The notes beneath the pieces were generated by a model. The model made no database searches and was not told the origin of the DNA. It was given only the letters and a program-made list of their open reading frames with translations. Source: Clostridia bacterium (GTDB lineage Bacteria; Bacillota; Clostridia; Monoglobales; Monoglobaceae). Taken from it: a DNA stretch of 64,000 nucleotides. Numbering within the stretch: position 1 is the stretch's first letter; every line of letters starts with the position of its first letter. The DNA lies in assembly GCA_045631525.1 (NCBI GenBank), contig JAZQUY010000007.1:28899-92898 (forward strand). Reading direction: 5' to 3'. The position numbers and the translations under genes are program-made. Below are positions 34,985 through 45,213 of the stretch, one piece after another.

Positions 34985-35734
34985 ATGCGATTTATGGGAG
35001 AAGAACAACTTTATAATCCTGTGGAAGGGATAAATCAGATGATTGCGGACATTGAGAGCGTTGTGACGCCTTTGGTCTTCAAATTTCATCCGCTCCTTAG
35101 AATTTTGAGTATACTGAACATTTATTTGGTTATTATCTGTTTTGTAGCTACTTTGTTATATTTGGTTTTGAAAAGAAAGCACCGTATAGGGAACAAATTG
35201 AAGAGACCTACAAATTATTTTATGGCTGGGTTCTTTCTGCTTCTTTATATTTTGCTCACTGAAACACCAATCAGACTTGGTCCTGCTATAAGCCTGAATT
35301 TTGGCCTTGTGGTTATGCCCATGGCTGCAAAAGCATTTGGCCCGCTTCTTGCGGGTACATTTGGTATTATCCAGTATGGTGCATCTTTTGCTATGCATCA
35401 AGGAGAGGCTTTCAGTATAAGTTCTGTTTTGGTTGCGGGTCTTAGTGGTATGATTTACGGAAGATTTCTTTATGCAAGACATACAACATATCTCAGATGC
35501 CTTTGGGCAAAGCTTTTAGTAAATGTTGTATGCAATATTTTCCTTGTACCCATGGTTAATACAGCTGTGATGTCTTCGGAGCTGGCAGACGGAATTACAC
35601 AAAGCATAGTTTCAAATGTGCTGCTTGCACCTCTTCAGGCGCTTATTATTTATGCCGCAATTATTATTATTATGAAGAAAGCTCGTGAAGCTCTCGGTGA
35701 GGTTTCATGGGGCATTGCTAAAAAAGATGTTTAA
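34985..35734 (+). CDS. Membrane protein, possibly a folate-family ECF transporter S component
   Basis: Polytopic. The segment RLGPAISLNFGLVVMPMAAKAFGPLLAGTFGIIQYG...GLSGMIYGRFLY resembles FolT-type S components. Start uncertain. Confidence 0.4.
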   Translation: MRFMGEEQLYNPVEGINQMIADIESVVTPLVFKFHPLLRILSILNIYLVIICFVATLLYLVLKRKHRIGNKLKRPTNYFMAGFFLLLYILLTETPIRLGPAISLNFGLVVMPMAAKAFGPLLAGTFGIIQYGASFAMHQGEAFSISSVLVAGLSGMIYGRFLYARHTTYLRCLWAKLLVNVVCNIFLVPMVNTAVMSSELADGITQSIVSNVLLAPLQALIIYAAIIIIMKKAREALGEVSWGIAKKDV

Positions 35735-36518
35735 AATAACAGGAAAAGACAATAAAACCTTAAAACTTATAAAGTCTTTAAAAAAGAAAAGTAACCGCAA
35801 AGAACACGGATTGTTTGTGGCGGAGGGAAAACGCCTTGCCCACGAGGCCCTGTTTTATGCTGGCGAAAGAGTCAGGATGGTGGTCATTACCGAAGAATTT
35901 TCGAAGAGGGAAACTGACTTTGTTCAACAGATAAGTGATGTTTGTGAAAATATATTTGTTGTGACAAACAGTGCCTTTGATGATATTTCGGACACTGACA
36001 CGCCTCAGGGGATTCTTGCGGTTGTTGAAATAGCTGACAAAGTTCTTCCTGATTTAAAGTCTGCAAAAAGTATTGTTGTTTTGGATGGGGTATCTGAACC
36101 CGGAAATATGGGAACAGTCATAAGAACAGCCGAAGCACTGGGCTTTGATGGCTTTTATATTATGAAAGGCTCTGCGGATATTTTCGGACCCAAAACAGTT
36201 CGTGCCACAATGGGATCTGTTTTCAGAATGAAGTTCAAAACCGATTGTACCCTCCAGGATATAAAGGAACTTAAAAATATGGATTTCACAGTGATTTCCA
36301 CCACGCCTTCGGGGGACACGGTGCTCGAAAAAATGGATATCCCAAAGAAAACAGCGGTGGTAATTGGAAATGAGGCTAATGGCGTCAGTGAGGATATTTT
36401 GGAGGCTTCTGATTTAAAGGTAAGAATTTCTATGGATGGACTTGCTGAGTCACTTAACGCAGCGGTTGCCGCGGGGATTGCTATGCACTGGATTAAAAAT
36501 TCTTCAAAGAAAGATTGA
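35727..36518 (+). CDS. TrmH/SpoU-family RNA 2'-O-methyltransferase
   Basis: SpoU motifs VLDGVSEPGNMGTVIRTAEALG, VVIGNEANGVS, SLNAAVAAGIAM, plus an N-terminal substrate-binding domain. The ATG overlaps the upstream stop. Confidence 0.8.
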   Translation: MFKITGKDNKTLKLIKSLKKKSNRKEHGLFVAEGKRLAHEALFYAGERVRMVVITEEFSKRETDFVQQISDVCENIFVVTNSAFDDISDTDTPQGILAVVEIADKVLPDLKSAKSIVVLDGVSEPGNMGTVIRTAEALGFDGFYIMKGSADIFGPKTVRATMGSVFRMKFKTDCTLQDIKELKNMDFTVISTTPSGDTVLEKMDIPKKTAVVIGNEANGVSEDILEASDLKVRISMDGLAESLNAAVAAGIAMHWIKNSSKKD

Positions 36519-36553
36519 AAGTGTTAATAGCATAGGGCAAGGAAAGAAAAAGT

Positions 36554-37672
36554 ATGAATGTTTTATATGAATTATGGCTTCAGAGTATTTGCGGTTTTGA
36601 ACCGGAAATAGTTGAAAAAGCAGCGTTTTTGTTTGAAGGAAAGAAGAACAAGTTTTCTTCACCTGAAATGGAAGAACAGCGGCTTCTAAGACGCGGAGTT
36701 CCTGAAAAAATATCAAAGCGTGTATCAGACGGAAAGTATCTGGAGCTTGCAAAAAATATTGAGGAATACTGCAACCAGAATGGTATAAGGATTATAACCC
36801 AAGAGTCGGATGAATATCCCAAACTCCTCAAACATATAAACACACCTCCCCGAATATTATTTGCAAAAGGAGAAAAACTGAACCTAAGCGCAGGACTTTC
36901 CGTTTCGGTGGTAGGATCGAGAACACCTACACCCCAGGGTAAAAGCGTTGCAAGGCAGATTGGTTGTGATCTGGCGGAAAATGGCGTTACTGTGATTAGT
37001 GGTATGGCTGAGGGTATAGATGCAGAAGCTCACAAAGGTGCACTTGAGGGCGACGGAAAGACAGTAGCTGTCCTTGCGGGCAGTGTGGATGTCATTTATC
37101 CTAAAAGTAACGAGAAATTATATTATGAAATTATGAAAAACGGTACGGTGATTTCTGAACGACCTCCCGGAACTGCGGTTAAACCCTATTTTTATCAGCA
37201 ACGCAACAGGATTGTTGTAGGCTTGTCTCAGGGTACCATCGTTGTGGAAGGGAAGGCAAAAAGCGGTACATCAATTACCGCACGTCTTGCTCTTGAAAAC
37301 AACCGTGATGTCTTTGCGGTTCCCGGTAGTCTTCTTAATTGGCAGTCAGAACTTCCAAATATTTTGGCAGGGGACGGAGCTATAATTGTTGATAAAATCA
37401 GTAGAGTAAGTGAATATTATAAAGAAATGCGACCTGAACTTTTTGAGGGAATATGTGTTGAGAAAAAGGCAGAAAAAGTGTCAGGTTTATCAGTAGAGGA
37501 CGAAAAAATTTTGGAATTTATTGTCCAAAGCGGCGGAGTGTCAGGCAGTGAAGAAATGCTTGAGGAACTTGGATTTGCACCAAATGTACTGAGCAGCAGG
37601 CTCACGATACTTTGTATAAGAGGGATTCTCAGGCAGGAAAGCGGAAATCGGTATGTGTTGTTAAAGTATTGA
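36554..37672 (+). CDS. dprA: DNA-processing protein DprA (Smf)
   Basis: VSVVGSRTPTPQGKSVARQIG..LAENGVTVISGMAEGIDAEAHKGAL..GKTVAVLAGSVDVIYP..N Rossmann-like DprA core. Confidence 0.85.
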   Translation: MNVLYELWLQSICGFEPEIVEKAAFLFEGKKNKFSSPEMEEQRLLRRGVPEKISKRVSDGKYLELAKNIEEYCNQNGIRIITQESDEYPKLLKHINTPPRILFAKGEKLNLSAGLSVSVVGSRTPTPQGKSVARQIGCDLAENGVTVISGMAEGIDAEAHKGALEGDGKTVAVLAGSVDVIYPKSNEKLYYEIMKNGTVISERPPGTAVKPYFYQQRNRIVVGLSQGTIVVEGKAKSGTSITARLALENNRDVFAVPGSLLNWQSELPNILAGDGAIIVDKISRVSEYYKEMRPELFEGICVEKKAEKVSGLSVEDEKILEFIVQSGGVSGSEEMLEELGFAPNVLSSRLTILCIRGILRQESGNRYVLLKY

Positions 37673-37689
37673 ATAAAGCGGAGGTAAAG

Positions 37690-39825
37690 ATGGCGAAAAC
37701 AGTTGAAAAAACAGCGAAAGTCAAGAAAAAAAATCTTGTTATCGTTGAGTCACCTGCAAAGGCTAAAACAATAAAGAAATATCTGGGAACAGGCTATGAA
37801 GTAGTGGCGTCAATGGGACATCTCAGGGACCTTCCCAAAAGTCAGCTGGGCATTGACCTCAGTGATAATTTCGAGCCCAAATATATTACCATACGCGGCA
37901 AAGGTGATTTGATTTCAAAGCTCAAAAAGGATGCAAAAAATTCTGCAAAAATATATCTTGCAACCGACCCTGACCGTGAGGGTGAAGCAATTTCGTGGCA
38001 TCTTGCAAAGCTTTTGGACATAAATGCAGAGGACGAATGCCGCATTACATTTAATGAAATAACAAAAAATGCAGTGAAAGACGCTGTTAAAAATCCACGG
38101 AAAATAGATGAAAAGCTAGTTGACGCACAGCAGGCAAGGCGCGTTCTTGACAGAATTGTGGGTTATCAACTAAGTCCTTTACTTTGGAAAAAAGTGAAAA
38201 AAGGTCTCAGTGCGGGCAGAGTTCAGTCGGTTGCTACCAAACTCATTGTGGACCGTGAGCGCGAGATAAATGCTTTTTCCGAGGAAGAATATTGGACTAT
38301 TGATGTAAAACTTACAGATCAGAAAGGTAAGAAACCTTTTGTGGCAAAGTTTTACGGTAAAAATGCAAAAACAAAAATGAAGCTTTCTGATGAAAGCGCT
38401 GCAAGCGAGGTTGCCCAAAAACTGAAAGAGTCCGATTACACGGTGGACAAGGTGGTAAAGTCTGAGAAAAAGAGATATTCTGCTCCACCTTTTACCACAA
38501 GTACACTCCAACAGGAAGCAGCCAGAAAGCTTAACTTCACAACTAAGAGGACTATGGCGACTGCACAGCAGCTTTATGAAGGTATTACCCTTAAAGGCGG
38601 CGGAAGTGTCGGACTTATCACATATATGAGAACGGACTCTCTCAGGATTTCTCTTGAAGCACAAATCGAATGCAGAAAATATATAGGAGAAACCTTTGGC
38701 GAAAGATATATTCCCTCAAAACCAAAGTTCTATCGCTCCAAAAAGACTGCTCAGGATGCTCATGAAGCAATACGACCCACGTCAATGCTCTATGACCCTG
38801 AAAAAATAAAGGACTCACTGAAAACTGACCAGTATAAGCTTTATAAACTTATATGGAACAGATTTCTTGCAAGCCAGATGACTGACGCCGTTGTTGATAC
38901 GGTTCAGGCAGATATCAAGGGGAGGGATTTCGTACTCAAGGCGAGCGGTTCGGATGTTAAATTTGACGGTTTTATGGCGGTTTATGTTGAGGGAAAAGAC
39001 TTCGTCGAAGAAAAGGAAGGAAAGATTCCTCCAATTCAGGAGGGTGATATTCTTCTTGTGAAAGACGTTGACCCCAAACAACATTTCACGCAGCCTCCTG
39101 CGAGATATACAGAAGCTTCTTTGGTTAAGAAAATGGAGGAAGACGGCATAGGCAGACCGAGTACTTATGCTCCAACCATTACCACAATAACAAGTCGTGG
39201 CTATGTGGCAAGAGAGGGCAAGGCGCTTTATCCCACTGAGCTTGGAAGTCTTGTCACAGGGCTGATGGAAGAATATTTTCAGGATATTGTGGATGTTGAG
39301 TTTACTGCTAATATGGAAGAAAAGCTTGATGACGTTGAAGATGGAAAAACCGAGTGGCGAGAAGTAATCGGCGAGTTTTACACACCGTTTTCAAAAACTC
39401 TTGAAAATGCTGAAACCGAAATTGGTAAAATTGAAGTGAAAGATGAGGTTTCTGACATTCCATGTGAAAAATGCGGGCGGATGATGGTGTATAAGCAAGG
39501 TAAATTTGGAAAGTTTCTGGCTTGTCCCGGTTACCCCGAGTGTAAAAACACCAAGTCCATTGTGGAAGAGATAAATGCCAAATGCCCCAAATGCGGAGGA
39601 AGTGTTCAGGTCAAGAAATCCAAAAAGGGAGCGACTTATTATACCTGTGAGAAAGGTACAGACTGTTTGCTCTCCTGGGATGAACCAACCCTGGTGGCTT
39701 GTCCAAAATGCGGCGGAGCTCTTATGAAACGGCGAGCTTTTAAGGGCAGAGGCCCAATAAGGTATGTCTGCTTCAATGAAAACTGTGATTATACCGAAAC
39801 TCTATCGAGAACCAAAAAGAAATAA
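37690..39825 (+). CDS. topA: DNA topoisomerase I
   Basis: TOPRIM (LVIVESPAKAKTIKKYLG, ATDPDREGEAISWH), catalytic region ITYMRTDS, three C-terminal Cys4 zinc ribbons. ATG after GGAGGT. Confidence 0.9.
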   Translation: MAKTVEKTAKVKKKNLVIVESPAKAKTIKKYLGTGYEVVASMGHLRDLPKSQLGIDLSDNFEPKYITIRGKGDLISKLKKDAKNSAKIYLATDPDREGEAISWHLAKLLDINAEDECRITFNEITKNAVKDAVKNPRKIDEKLVDAQQARRVLDRIVGYQLSPLLWKKVKKGLSAGRVQSVATKLIVDREREINAFSEEEYWTIDVKLTDQKGKKPFVAKFYGKNAKTKMKLSDESAASEVAQKLKESDYTVDKVVKSEKKRYSAPPFTTSTLQQEAARKLNFTTKRTMATAQQLYEGITLKGGGSVGLITYMRTDSLRISLEAQIECRKYIGETFGERYIPSKPKFYRSKKTAQDAHEAIRPTSMLYDPEKIKDSLKTDQYKLYKLIWNRFLASQMTDAVVDTVQADIKGRDFVLKASGSDVKFDGFMAVYVEGKDFVEEKEGKIPPIQEGDILLVKDVDPKQHFTQPPARYTEASLVKKMEEDGIGRPSTYAPTITTITSRGYVAREGKALYPTELGSLVTGLMEEYFQDIVDVEFTANMEEKLDDVEDGKTEWREVIGEFYTPFSKTLENAETEIGKIEVKDEVSDIPCEKCGRMMVYKQGKFGKFLACPGYPECKNTKSIVEEINAKCPKCGGSVQVKKSKKGATYYTCEKGTDCLLSWDEPTLVACPKCGGALMKRRAFKGRGPIRYVCFNENCDYTETLSRTKKK

Positions 39826-39831
39826 TTTATG

Positions 39832-39865
39832 AGACCTCAGGTGGTTTGCCAGAGGTCTTTTTTTA
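39832..39865 (+). terminator. Terminator after topA
   Basis: AGACCTC-aggtggtttgcca-GAGGTCT-TTTTTTT. Confidence 0.75.
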
Positions 39866-40031
39866 TATCAAGAATGAATACGGATGAAAAATAAGCAATA
39901 AAGATATGAAATTTTTGTAAAAAACCAACAAAAATCTTGCAATTTGTAAAAAAAAGATGTATAATACAAAGTGAATGTGTGTAAGCAGTTGTGATTTATA
40001 TTTGCAAATGAAATATAACGGAGGTATGGGA

Positions 40032-41117
40032 ATGCAAAACAGAATATTTCAAGGTGCCTGCAATCAGCTCAGAAAGGACATTCAAAGGAAACTGGGCATT
40101 ATGGATGAAAGCGGTCTTGTTATCGCTTGCAGTGATGAAAAGCTCACAGGTCATCAGAATGAAACGGTGGCTGTTTATTTCGAGACTAACAATGAAGATT
40201 TTGTAAGCGGAGGCTATACATTCCGTAAAATCGAGACCTGCAACAAAAATGTCTATATCGTATTTTGTGAGGGTGTTGACGAGGTTGCAAGTGGTTTTGC
40301 ATCATTTTTGGGCGCGCACTTTTTGACCATAAAGCAATATTATGACGAAAAGTATGACCGTGAAAGCTTTATGAAGAATGTTATTCTTGACAATGTTCTT
40401 CCCAGTGATGTTTTGTACAGAAGCCGTGAACTGAAGCTTCCCATTGAGACAGAACGTGTGGTGTTTCTTGTGAGAGCCCACAAAAGTGCAGAAAATGCGC
40501 CGATTGATGTTCTTCACAGCATTTTCCCTGACAAAACAAAGGATTTTGTTATTCGCATAGATGATCGTGATGCAGCTATTGTCAAAGAGGTTAAAGCTGA
40601 CACAACGATGAAAGAAATTGTGAAGATGGCTCAGGAGATGCATGACACAATAAGTTCCGAAGCTATGGTGAAGGTTTCGATTGGTATTTCTACAGTGGTT
40701 GAAACAGTTCAGGATTTGGCAAGAGCATACCGCGAGGCAAGAATTGCCCTTGAGGTAGGAAAGGTGTTTGACACGGAAAAGAATATCATCAGCTATGACA
40801 ATCTTGGCATAGGAAGACTTATTTATCAGCTTCCTACAACACTTTGCGAGCTGTTTTTGAACGAGGTTTTCAAAAAAGAATCTATTTCAGTATTGGATAG
40901 TGAAACAATTTACACAATCCAGAAATTCTTTGAAAACAACCTCAACGTGTCAGAGACTTCAAGAAAGCTTTTTGTTCACAGAAACACTCTTGTTTACAGA
41001 CTTGATAAAATCAAAAAACTTACCGGTCTTGACCTTCGTGAGTTTGATGACGCGATAATCTTCAAGGTGGCTATGATGGTAAACAAATACCTTACATCGG
41101 AGCCTACAAGACTGTAA
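40032..41117 (+). CDS. PucR/CdaR-family transcriptional regulator
   Basis: C-terminal PucR HTH LNVSETSRKLFVHRNTLVYRLDKIKKLTGLDLREFDDAIIFKVAMM. ATG 6 nt after GGAGGT. Confidence 0.7.
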   Translation: MQNRIFQGACNQLRKDIQRKLGIMDESGLVIACSDEKLTGHQNETVAVYFETNNEDFVSGGYTFRKIETCNKNVYIVFCEGVDEVASGFASFLGAHFLTIKQYYDEKYDRESFMKNVILDNVLPSDVLYRSRELKLPIETERVVFLVRAHKSAENAPIDVLHSIFPDKTKDFVIRIDDRDAAIVKEVKADTTMKEIVKMAQEMHDTISSEAMVKVSIGISTVVETVQDLARAYREARIALEVGKVFDTEKNIISYDNLGIGRLIYQLPTTLCELFLNEVFKKESISVLDSETIYTIQKFFENNLNVSETSRKLFVHRNTLVYRLDKIKKLTGLDLREFDDAIIFKVAMMVNKYLTSEPTRL

Positions 41118-41165
41118 ATTCTTATATTCCGACCGAAATTTCGGGCAGAAAGGTAACAGAAGATT

Positions 41166-41843
41166 ATGATTGAATTTAAAAATGTTTCCAAAACCTATGA
41201 GGATACCGGAGTAAAAGCGCTAAGTGACGTTTCCTTTTCAATCGAAAAGGGAGAGTTTGTGTTTCTGGTAGGTCGTTCAGGTGCGGGAAAATCCACACTC
41301 AGCAAGCTTATCATAAAGGAAGAATCTCCTGATGAGGGCGAAATCTTTGTGGACAAGTTTGAACTTAATACTCTTGCTAAAAAAGAGATTCCTTATCTCA
41401 GACGAAGTGTAGGGATGATGTTTCAGGATTTTCGTCTGCTTCCCAACAAAACGGTATATGAAAACGTTGCCTTTGCCATGCAGGTTATTGGTGCATCAAG
41501 GGGCGAGATAAGACGAAACGTTCCAAATGTTTTGAATCTTGTTGGTCTTGGACACAAGGCAAGGATGCTTCCCTCACAGCTTTCGGGCGGTGAACAGCAA
41601 AGAGTTTCGCTGGCACGTGCACTGGTGAATAAACCACCGGTGATTATTGCCGATGAGCCTACTGCAAACCTCGACCCTGACACATCGGTGCAGATTATGG
41701 AGCTTTTGGCGGAGGTTAATCAAAGAGGTACTACTATGATTGTTACAACTCACGCCAAGGACTTTGTTGATACCATGCACAAGCGTGTTCTGGAATTCAG
41801 GGATGGTGTTTTAATCCGAGACGAAAAAGAAGGGGCTTACTGA
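41166..41843 (+). CDS. ftsE: Cell-division ABC ATPase FtsE
   Basis: Walker A GRSGAGKST, signature LSGGEQQRVSLARAL, Walker B IIADEPT; directly followed by ftsX. Confidence 0.85.
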   Translation: MIEFKNVSKTYEDTGVKALSDVSFSIEKGEFVFLVGRSGAGKSTLSKLIIKEESPDEGEIFVDKFELNTLAKKEIPYLRRSVGMMFQDFRLLPNKTVYENVAFAMQVIGASRGEIRRNVPNVLNLVGLGHKARMLPSQLSGGEQQRVSLARALVNKPPVIIADEPTANLDPDTSVQIMELLAEVNQRGTTMIVTTHAKDFVDTMHKRVLEFRDGVLIRDEKEGAY

Positions 41844-41844
41844 T

Positions 41845-42735
41845 ATGATATTTAGAAATGTGAAATATTTCTTTGTTCAGGGTGTGAAAGGACTTGTTTC
41901 AAACAGTCTTATGACCCTTGCATCCATCGGTATTGTGATTGCGAGCCTTGTGTTGTTTGGCTTTTTTCTGCTTTTCGGTATGAATCTCAATGCTGTTGGC
42001 GAACAAATAAAGGAGCAGTGCGAAATAAACGTCTATATGCCCAACGAAATGAGTCGTGACGGTGTTCGTGAAATAGGCAGTGCCCTTAGCGAAATTGAAT
42101 ATGTGAAAGAGGCTCAGCTTTATACAAAGGAAGAACGTCTTCAGAATTACAGAGAGGGCGTTTATCAGGAGCGAGCTGAAGTTATTGATACTTTAGAAGA
42201 GGACAATCCCCTTCGTGATGCTTATATCCTTGTGCTTGAGGATGTAACCAAGGCAAACGAGGTGGCGTCAGCTGCTGCAAAGATTGAAGGCGTTCAGGAG
42301 GTTGTGAATCGTCAGGACCTTATACAGCAGATTTTGTCCATAACCAATACGGTAAAGCACGTAAGTGTGTGGCTGCTTTTGATTCTGGCATTCATTTCGG
42401 TGTTTATTATTTCAAATACCATAAAGCTTGGAATGTTCTCACGCCGCAAGGAAATCAACATTATGAAATTTGTAGGTGCTACCAACTGGTTTATACGCTG
42501 GCCTTTTATCATTGAGGGGATGCTTATTGGTGCTGTTGGAGCCGCGTGTGCATTCTTCATAGTTATGCTTGGTTATGGCTCGGTGCTCCCCACTGTTCAG
42601 GAGTTTATGGGAAATATTGAGCTTCTGACATCGGCCGAGGTTATAAAGATGGTTATTGCACTGTTCCTTGTGATGGGAATGGGCATAGGTATGACAGGAA
42701 GCGGTTTGTCAATAAGAAAACATTTACACGTTTAA
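41845..42735 (+). CDS. ftsX: Cell-division permease-like protein FtsX
   Basis: 296 aa with TM1, a large extracellular loop and 3 C-terminal TM segments; KFVGATNWFIRWPFIIEG motif. Confidence 0.85.
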   Translation: MIFRNVKYFFVQGVKGLVSNSLMTLASIGIVIASLVLFGFFLLFGMNLNAVGEQIKEQCEINVYMPNEMSRDGVREIGSALSEIEYVKEAQLYTKEERLQNYREGVYQERAEVIDTLEEDNPLRDAYILVLEDVTKANEVASAAAKIEGVQEVVNRQDLIQQILSITNTVKHVSVWLLLILAFISVFIISNTIKLGMFSRRKEINIMKFVGATNWFIRWPFIIEGMLIGAVGAACAFFIVMLGYGSVLPTVQEFMGNIELLTSAEVIKMVIALFLVMGMGIGMTGSGLSIRKHLHV

Positions 42736-42751
42736 GTCAGGAGGGTTTGTT

Positions 42752-43903
42752 TTGAGCAGAAAAACAGTAAAGTGGGTTTCAATCGTTATTGCTTTGGTAT
42801 TTATCTTTGGAATCGTAGGTTCATTGGCTGTTGAATTTGTGTATGCAGATACAGCACAGCAAAAGATAAATCAGGCTCAGGAAAAAAAGAACAAGGCACA
42901 ACAGAGCCTCAATTCAAACCAGACAAAGCGGGCAAAGACCCTTGCGGAGATGGAAAAGCTTGAAAAAGAAACCGGCGATATTCAAGGGCAGATAGATGCG
43001 ATTGATAAAAAGATAGCCGAAACTGATAAAGAACTTCAAGTTCAGCAGGAAAAACTGGACATTGCTACAAAACGGGCAGAAGAAAAATATAATATTTTCA
43101 AAGAACGTTTCCGTGTTATGTGCGAGCAGGGAGATGTAAGCTTTATAGAAATGCTCCTTTCTGCAAAGAGTTTCAGTGATTTCGTTGACAAAACCGAGAT
43201 TGTGAAAGAAATTTCTCAATATGATAAGGTTATATTTGACCAGATGGAAGCGGTACGTGCAGAAATCGAAGCTTCAAGAGATGAAATAGCAAATCTCAAG
43301 AAAAGCCAGGAGAAGTCAAAGAGTAATCTTGATTCACAAAAGGCTGCACTTGTGAAAAAACAGCAGGAACAAAAGGCATATATGCAGGAGCTTGAAAAGG
43401 ATGCGGCTACATACCAAAGGATTATTGATGAAGCTGATGCGGCCATGGAAAGCTTGAGGCGTCAGATTTCGGGATCCCTCAGTTCATCAGGCTCGGGTGT
43501 AAAGTACGTGGGCGGCGAATTTGCATGGCCTACACCAAGCTGTCATTACATAACATCAAATTTTTCTCCAAGAAGAAAAAATCCGGTGAGCGGTATATAT
43601 AAGCGTCATACCGGCACAGACATAGGTGCAGCATACGGTGCGGCCATTGTGGCGGCAAATTCCGGCACGGTGACCTTGGCTGGCTGGAATTCAGGATATG
43701 GTAACTGTGTCATTATTGACCACGGCGGCGGCAGGGCAACTCTTTATGCGCATATGAGTTCGTACAGCGTTTCAACAGGTCAAAGAGTCCAAAGAGGTCA
43801 GCAAATAGGAAAGGTTGGTTCTACAGGAAACTCAACAGGTCCGCATCTCCATTTTGAAGTTCTGATAAACGGAAATGCAGTTGACCCAATGCAATATTTT
43901 TAA
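42752..43903 (+). CDS. Coiled-coil M23-family peptidoglycan metalloendopeptidase (EnvC/PcsB-like FtsEX partner)
   Basis: Signal anchor, about 230 aa of coiled coil, and a C-terminal LytM domain (HTGTDIGA, IDHGGG..TLYAHMS, GSTGNSTGPHLHFEV). TTG start after AGGAGGG. Confidence 0.8.
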   Translation: MSRKTVKWVSIVIALVFIFGIVGSLAVEFVYADTAQQKINQAQEKKNKAQQSLNSNQTKRAKTLAEMEKLEKETGDIQGQIDAIDKKIAETDKELQVQQEKLDIATKRAEEKYNIFKERFRVMCEQGDVSFIEMLLSAKSFSDFVDKTEIVKEISQYDKVIFDQMEAVRAEIEASRDEIANLKKSQEKSKSNLDSQKAALVKKQQEQKAYMQELEKDAATYQRIIDEADAAMESLRRQISGSLSSSGSGVKYVGGEFAWPTPSCHYITSNFSPRRKNPVSGIYKRHTGTDIGAAYGAAIVAANSGTVTLAGWNSGYGNCVIIDHGGGRATLYAHMSSYSVSTGQRVQRGQQIGKVGSTGNSTGPHLHFEVLINGNAVDPMQYF

Positions 43904-43949
43904 GTTTAGTTCATAAAATATCCTTGTCTGCATAGGATATGGTATAGGC

Positions 43950-43985
43950 TCATCCCTTCATTTGATGAAGGGATGAACATTTTTG
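43950..43985 (+). terminator. Hairpin/terminator after the M23 gene
   Basis: TCATCCCTTCA-tttga-TGAAGGGATGA, then ACATTTTTG. Confidence 0.55.
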
Positions 43986-44013
43986 TAAGAAATATGCCTG
44001 AGAGGTAAGAGAT

Positions 44014-45186
44014 ATGTATATAAAAAAATCAGTTCTGGTTGTATGTTCAATTTTGCTTGCCGTTGTGGTAGCAATTGGAACGATAATGGTGGTTAATCCC
44101 TTTGGTGCTTTGCATTTCGAGGATTTTCTGAAATTCAGAGTGGGTGTTGCAGCACTTGACAGGTTTTATTATGAGGAAATAGAACCCAAAGCATTGGTTG
44201 ACGGAGCACTTCTTGGCGCAACATACAGCACTGAGGACCCGTATACAGTATATATGACAGAGGATGAGGCAGAGAGCTTTATGGAGAGCGTTGAGTCCGA
44301 TGATTACAGCGGGGTGGGTCTTTATATAACACCCAGTGAAGATAGTCAGGGCATAACTGTCATATCGGCACTTGCAAATTCTCCGGCGGAGGAAATGGGG
44401 ATTGTATCAGGAGATAAAATTCTTGAGGTAGACGGGGAATCGGTTACCGGCAAAAATCTTCAGCAGGTGGCAAACGAAATGAAAGGTGCTGAGGGTACAA
44501 AGGTGACCCTGAAAATACTCAAAAAGTCCACCGGCAAACTTGAAGATATTGTTTTAAAACGCGCTCAGATAAAGCGTGAAACAGTTACATCAAAAATGCT
44601 TGACGACAAAAATGCATATATCCAGATAACGCAGTTTGGGGTAAATACTACCAGCGAGTTTATTGAACATTTCAACACCCTTGTGGGTGATGGAATGAAA
44701 CGTTTGGTTATTGACCTTCGGAACAATCCGGGAGGTTATATGGAAATAGCGGTGGAAATAGCCGATGCTTTTATTGAAGAGGGCGAAATCGTTTATACTA
44801 TGGATAAAAACGGCACAAAGGACTCTCATCTGGCCAAGAAAGGAAAGACTGAACTTCCCATAGTTATTCTTATAAATGAGGGAAGCGCCAGTGCCAGTGA
44901 GATTCTGGTGGGAGCACTTTGTGACCACAATCTTGCAAAAACGGTTGGTGAAAAAACCTTTGGGAAAGGTGTTACCCAGATTCCTTATCAGCTTTGGGAT
45001 GGCAGTGTTATAAAGATAACAAACTCAAGATACTATACACCAAAGGGTGTGTGCATTGACCATGAGGGTATTGTTCCTGATTTTGAGGTAAAAATGAGTG
45101 AGGAAGAATATTTGAATATAGGTGAGTCAAATATTTCAACCGACCGACAGCTTAAGAAAGCAGTAGAGATTTTGAATAGCAAGTAG
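44014..45186 (+). CDS. S41-family carboxy-terminal processing protease (PDZ domain)
   Basis: PDZ (GITVISALANSPAEEMGIVSGDKILEVDG) and S41 catalytic region (LIDLRNNPGG, SASASEILVGAL, GEKTFGKG). Confidence 0.85.
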   Translation: MYIKKSVLVVCSILLAVVVAIGTIMVVNPFGALHFEDFLKFRVGVAALDRFYYEEIEPKALVDGALLGATYSTEDPYTVYMTEDEAESFMESVESDDYSGVGLYITPSEDSQGITVISALANSPAEEMGIVSGDKILEVDGESVTGKNLQQVANEMKGAEGTKVTLKILKKSTGKLEDIVLKRAQIKRETVTSKMLDDKNAYIQITQFGVNTTSEFIEHFNTLVGDGMKRLVIDLRNNPGGYMEIAVEIADAFIEEGEIVYTMDKNGTKDSHLAKKGKTELPIVILINEGSASASEILVGALCDHNLAKTVGEKTFGKGVTQIPYQLWDGSVIKITNSRYYTPKGVCIDHEGIVPDFEVKMSEEEYLNIGESNISTDRQLKKAVEILNSK

Positions 45187-45213
45187 TTTTTTAAAAGCGG
45201 AGAGATTTTCAAA